64,000 nt of DNA from Marsupella aquatica (Eukaryota > Plantae > Marchantiophyta), in the NCBI GenBank assembly GCA_973895155.1, contig OZ316891.1, positions 23,993,899 to 24,057,898 of the forward strand, given 5' to 3'. This document shows positions 58,992-64,000 of the stretch, piece by piece. The notes below the pieces were generated by a model. The model saw only the letters and a program-made list of their open reading frames with translations. It was not told where the DNA came from and did not search any database. Made by a program: the position numbers and the translations under genes. How positions within the stretch are numbered: the first letter of the stretch is position 1; each line of letters begins with the position of its first letter.

Positions 58992-61900
58992 TGTGACGCC
59001 GCCGGTACGGTGAGTAATGAGTAATTCGGTCTAAACCATGCCTAGCACGTGCGTTAGGGGTATCTTAGGCCGCTATGATTAGCATAACGACAGTATTTAG
59101 GTAGCCATTATGAGTAGGAAATCATTAGTCAATAAGGGGAATTCATGTTTGGGCTGGCGGCGCGTCGCCATTCGCACGCCCGGGTTACGAGCGTGGAGGG
59201 GCCCTCCCTCGGGTCCATATAACGAACTTTCGGAGGCGTCCACTGACACGCGGTGACTCAGACCGGCGGAGTGGCCGGTACACTACAAGCGTGAACGGTT
59301 CAGCCTATGGGCAGCGAGGAGATGTCGGGGGATCGGCAAGCCCTCAAGGTATAAAAAGGGAGCCGACCCTTTGGAGTGCACCAGTCCATCAGTCCACGCG
59401 CCAGCTTCGACCCCAGCTCTCTCGCTCTAAGTCACCACTACTATCTCCTCTGAATGTCGCACACGATCCTCTCCAGTTTGGCCATTCGATTCTGGACACA
59501 GTTCCTATCTACCGGAAGGCACTTGGCCGACTCATTGAAACACGCCAACCTGCGCCGATACGAAATCAAATGCGAGTACGAGAGAGCCATCCACCTAGCA
59601 GGACAACACCACTACATCCTTAACTTTGACTACCCGTCTCAGAGCGAGCTTTACCGACCAGCAGAGGTATGTGGGTACTTCTTCAATGGAGATAAATATA
59701 TCGGTTTTTGGGAAGCATTGCTTCGGCTTCCGAACGAGGTCTTCAATATCCCAGGTACGATCGACTTGCAACAACATCACTTCGACCACATCCCTGCTCA
59801 GGTTCGGGCTATCATCAACAGCGAGTCCAACACTACCCGTTCGACAAGGTCGTCCGCACTTGCTTCGGAGAACTTCTACCAGCACCTGCAGAGCTTCATG
59901 GGAACTAGACCCGCAACCACCGGCGCCAGCCTAGTGGACCCCATACCCGTACCCATACCAATGCAGACTCAGGCTCAGGCTCAGGCTCAGCTTCAGTCTC
60001 AGCCTCAGCCTAGCCAACCCCCACCGCCGATTGCCCCGCCAGCAGTACAAGTACGCTCCGTCATCAACGCTGTGGACCTTAGCGACGACGACGAAACTAC
60101 CCCACCCTTGCTCAGGCGGCCAAGAGGAGCAAACACTCGGGGGCCGACACTACATCATCCCCTCCTCGGACCCAAGGAGCGGCTCCAGCAGACAACAAGG
60201 TGACCGTGGCCGCCCCGGGCCCATTACTAACGGTGGTAGCACTACCTATGCCCGATAAAGAGGATGGGGAGGTGTCACCCTCCCTGAGCCAGCCACGGGG
60301 GAAGAAGAGGAAGGAACCCACCACTGCATCCGGGCCATTGGCCACGGTAGCCGTGGCCAAGGTGACAATACATCGCATGGGGGAAAACGTGCATAAAAAC
60401 ATCCTCCATCCCAAGCATGCGGTGTACCTGAAGACTCAGGGATTTGAGCACCTCGCCTCTCTCCCCTGGAACACTTGCAGGTACTACGGGGAGGACATGA
60501 CAGAATTCGTCAAGAATTATGACGACGCACGTCAACAGACTCGGCTGTGGGGAAGGAATATGTCCCTCACGGAAGAACGGCTCAAGATGATCTTTGGATT
60601 ACCCGAAGGTGACCATCGAGTCGAATCACGGGCTCCCGGGGGCAAGGGAGCCAAGAACCAATCCTTGAGTTTTCCTTCGGAGGGAGCAGTGGACAACGGG
60701 TTCGTGATGAGGACCTGCCTCATCCCCGAGATAGCTGAGCAACTGGAGTTCCAAAGGTACGCCCTCCACATGATGGAACCCGGGGGGGGAGATCTCCGCC
60801 GCCCAGGTTATCCAGGTCAAGAACTATTGACCTAGGAGGTGGGCGTTGTACTTTGCTAAGAAATTCCATGAAGAGATGGAGAGGCAAAAGAAGACGCTAT
60901 ACATTGGCGGGAAGGCATATTTTGCTAGCCACATCGAGATCATTCTTGAGTGGTACGCTCGGTTTGATTGACGAACCCTTCCCCATGTCAACGTTGCAAG
61001 GCTGGTCCCAGCTAGGTGGGTGTTCCCGGCCTTGGAGAGACGGCCCCAACCCGAGGCCCGAAGTCCAGCGGACACGCAGGCTTCACCCACCCCACCCCCA
61101 CAAGTAGTTGTAGTCATGACCGAGGAGGTACCGGATGGGTCGGTTATCACAACCGTAGATGCGATCCAACAGGCCGAGCTTAGTATAGAAGTCGGTACAG
61201 CGGAGGTCTTACTCGAGCCCGGGCCTCCCAATGACCCGGCGGTGGCTATTCCGGAGAACCGGACATCGCAACAGGAGGACACTCCAGCCCCTTCCAACGC
61301 GTCCCCAGGGCTGGATGTCACTGCCCCGGCCCCCGTGCGTGTTGACGTCTGCCCGTGCCCAACTCCAGACAGGCACAACCTGGACCACCCGGAACTCTTC
61401 ATACCGGGCACATTTTTGAATGGGCTTATGGGAGATTTCTCTCATCAAATTGCCCGGGATACCGGGGAGTTCATGGCCCGGAAGGTAGCATGTTTCTTCA
61501 ATCAGGAGTTGGTTGCCACAGTAAAAGTAGGTCGGGCCCAGTCGGAGGCCCTTCAGAGGATAGAGCGGTACCGAGAGGAGTCCGTATACTTAAAGAACGA
61601 GGTTGCGGCTCAAGAGGCTGAGCTTCTGCAACTACGACCCAAAGTTGCAGCCGCTGACGAGTCGTTAGCAAAGGCGCACACCCTTACCGCCCTAGCCGAG
61701 CAGGCCAAAGCAAGGAACAAGGCCGAGATTTCACGGCTCCAATCCCAGATTGACAGTTTGAAGAAACAAACTGTCATCTGGCAGAAAGACTTGGAGGAGG
61801 CCGAAGAACGAGCCCAACGGGACACTACGGAGATAGCCATGCTACAAGCCCAAGTAGCACGGCTTCAGACCAAAGCCAAGAAGCAGGACCAGTTGGTAGG

Positions 61901-62927
61901 CAAGCTGACGAGCGACGCCCAGCAACTAGAGGAGGCATGCCAGAGGCAGCGGAGGAGACGGACGCGGCGAAGCGAGAGAACAAATCTCTGCTAGACCAAG
62001 TCCACCTCCTCAAGTCGGACAACGACAGACTTTGTAGACAGCGGGAAGACCGCTCCCACTCGGGCGGCTCTGGCAAGCGTGCCTGACATTAGCGGCAGAG
62101 TAGGAATAGAATAGGGTTAGGAGTAGCTAAGTCAGGCTATTGGGACAGGCACCTGCCTTAGTTACAGCAGCACTGCCATGCTGTCCAGCCTGCATAGATT
62201 AGGATCTTCTAATAAGACAGCCATTTTTTGGCTTGACAGTCAGATCAGTTAGGACCTAAGTCAGCGGATCTTCGGGTGGGAGGACACTCCGTTCCCCGGC
62301 CCTTAGTATTTAGTGCACCCCTCGGTAGAGGCAGGGGGGTTTTTAGTCTCAGAGTTGGACATCCGTGGTATGTGCGGGGAGTCCCGACCTCTGGGAATGA
62401 AAGAGTACCAAGGGGAGGGGGTAGGACTAAGCTCGCCGGGAGAGTGCGGAGCCGGGCTCCGTTGTAGTATACACTCTCAGCCTTGAACCTATTCATTCCG
62501 GAGCTATCGGGTCAACCAAGTGTACGCACATGTCCCCTATGTAGTAAAATCCTTTCCCATTATTTCCTTCGTGTAAATCAAGATTGTATGCTTGTGCGCG
62601 TGACTGTATGTGTGTGTGAATCTCGTGTATAGGTGACAATGCCGGGCCGAACGCACTACCCGAGTCGTGCACGGGGTGCAGCTTGCGGGTATGTGGTTGC
62701 GAGCACGGGTTGAGGACCTGTATCATAGAATCCGGATCAAAGGCGGACAACACGAAGGCTTAGAAGTCCTTAAGCCGGGGTCGATCCTGTTATCGACTAA
62801 GGTACGTTCCGACGGCGGAACACAAACCATACCTAGGAGATGTCCGTATCTAATAGTAGGCACACTTAGCGCTAGTTTACATGAATTAGGTGCATTACGC
62901 GCTTCCCTCCCTGCCCGAACCCTCATA
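58992..62927 (+). mobile_element. Family-2 ORF-bearing LTR-like unit (right end approximate)
   Basis: Starts TGTGACGCCGCCGG, and the same start recurs at 63436. TATAAAA at 59350, CT-rich leader, then a long ORF homologous to the family-1 LTR ORF. Confidence 0.65.
59454..62092 (+). pseudogene. Family-2 LTR ORF (PMD-like domain + coiled coil), disrupted
   Basis: GFEHLASLPW...EFVKNYD...TRLWGRNMSLTEERLKMIFGLPEG...NGF..RTC..PEIAE aligns with family-1 GLEAFVRLPW...EFVGSWE...TRIYGKDFYLTPKVIAEVFGLPMG...NGFFRNTC.NPHIGE. Stop at 60201, frameshift at the poly-G near 60785. Confidence 0.75.
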
Positions 62928-63435
62928 TTTACGAAGGAGGTGCCCGTTTAAAGCTGAAGCCCGAGTTACGGCCAAGGCTGATGACGTGACAGACGCGGTG
63001 AGGCAGAAGAACAAATCTTTGCTTGACCAAGTCCAACTCCTCAAGCTGGACAACGACAGACTCTGGAAGCAGCGGGATAGCCGCTCCCACTCAGGTAGCT
63101 CTGGCAAACATGCCAGGCATTAGTGGCGGGTTAGGATTAGAATAGGGTTAGGAGTAGCTAAATCAGGCTATAGGGACAAGCGCGAGCCATAAGTTAAGCG
63201 GCGTTGCCACATTGTCCAGCCTGCATAGAATAGATTAGACTAATAAGACAAGCCATTTTTGGCCTGACAGCCAGCTTAGCTAGGATCTTAGTTAGCATAG
63301 ATTCGGGCACGAGGCCATTCCGGTCCTCAGCCCTTAGTATTTAGTGCACCCCTTGGTAGAGGCAGGGGGGATTTTAGTCTCACAAGTTGGGCATTCGCGG
63401 TATGCGCGGGGAGTCCCAAACTTGATGAGTGCCGG
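62928..63435 (+). repeat. Fragment of another family-2 copy (ORF end and 3' region)
   Basis: NKSLLDQVQLLKLDNDRL..QR..RSHSG.SGK.ARH* and downstream DNA match ~61975-62390. Confidence 0.7.
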
Positions 63436-64000
63436 TGTGATGCCGCCGGTATGGCGGGTAATGAGTGATTTGGTCTAACCGCGCTTAGCACGCACATTAG
63501 GGGTATCTTAGGCCGTTATTATTAGCATAACGATAGTATTTAGGTAGCCATTATGAGTAGGAAATCATTAGTCAATAAGGGGAATCCATGTTCGGGCTGG
63601 CGGCGGGTCGCCATTTGCACGCCCGGGTTGCGAGCGTATAATGGGCCCCCTTTCCCCCTCCCTCGGGTCCGTATAACAAACCCCGGGAGGCGGCCACTGA
63701 CACAAGCTGACCTAGACCGGCGAAGGGGCCGGTACACTACGAGCATGAAAGGCTTGGCCTATAAGCGACGAGGAGGCATTGGGCGATCGACAAGCTCTCA
63801 AGGTATAAAAGGGGGCTGATCCTTTGCAGTGCACCAGTTCTTCAGTCCACGCGCCAACTTTGACCCCGTCTCTCTCTTGCTTTTCCTTAGTCACCTGTTA
63901 TCTCCTCTGAATGTCACACACGATCCTTTCCAATTCGGCCATACAATTCTAGACTCAGTTCTTGTCTATCGGAGGGCACTTGGCCGACTCATTGAAACAC
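63436..64000 (+). repeat. Start of a further family-2 LTR-like unit, running off the window
   Basis: TGTGATGCCGCCGG start, TATAAAA ~63804, ATG 63911 (MSHTILS) with TGG>TAG at 63950. Confidence 0.75.

Overview
Eukaryotic (land-plant; probably a non-seed plant, by inference) transposon nest with no intact host gene. (1) 1-16212 is the body and right end of a CACTA/En-Spm DNA transposon (spliced TnpD and TnpA, TAGTG end, AGTCAC subterminal repeats). It carries three intact, intronless, co-oriented cargo ORFs (Cys/His zinc finger, EDM2-like composite PHD, tandem Pol-lambda-like BRCT) and a decayed RPL18a exon. (2) 16213-53808 is dominated by a non-chromovirus Ty3/Gypsy family whose ~4.65-kb LTR (TGTGATG...CACCACA) itself contains a ~1,100-1,200-codon ORF (PMD-like domain plus long coiled coil). 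There are five young LTR copies and one old copy: one element with gag-PR, a candidate -1 frameshift signal and pol; one TSD-flanked internally deleted element; and one chimeric solo LTR. (3) 53809-64000 holds a chromodomain remnant, a small MITE-like repeat, a putative large LTR, and a second family whose LTR-like unit carries a homologous ORF. Protein family assignments are from motif recognition by eye, not database searches.
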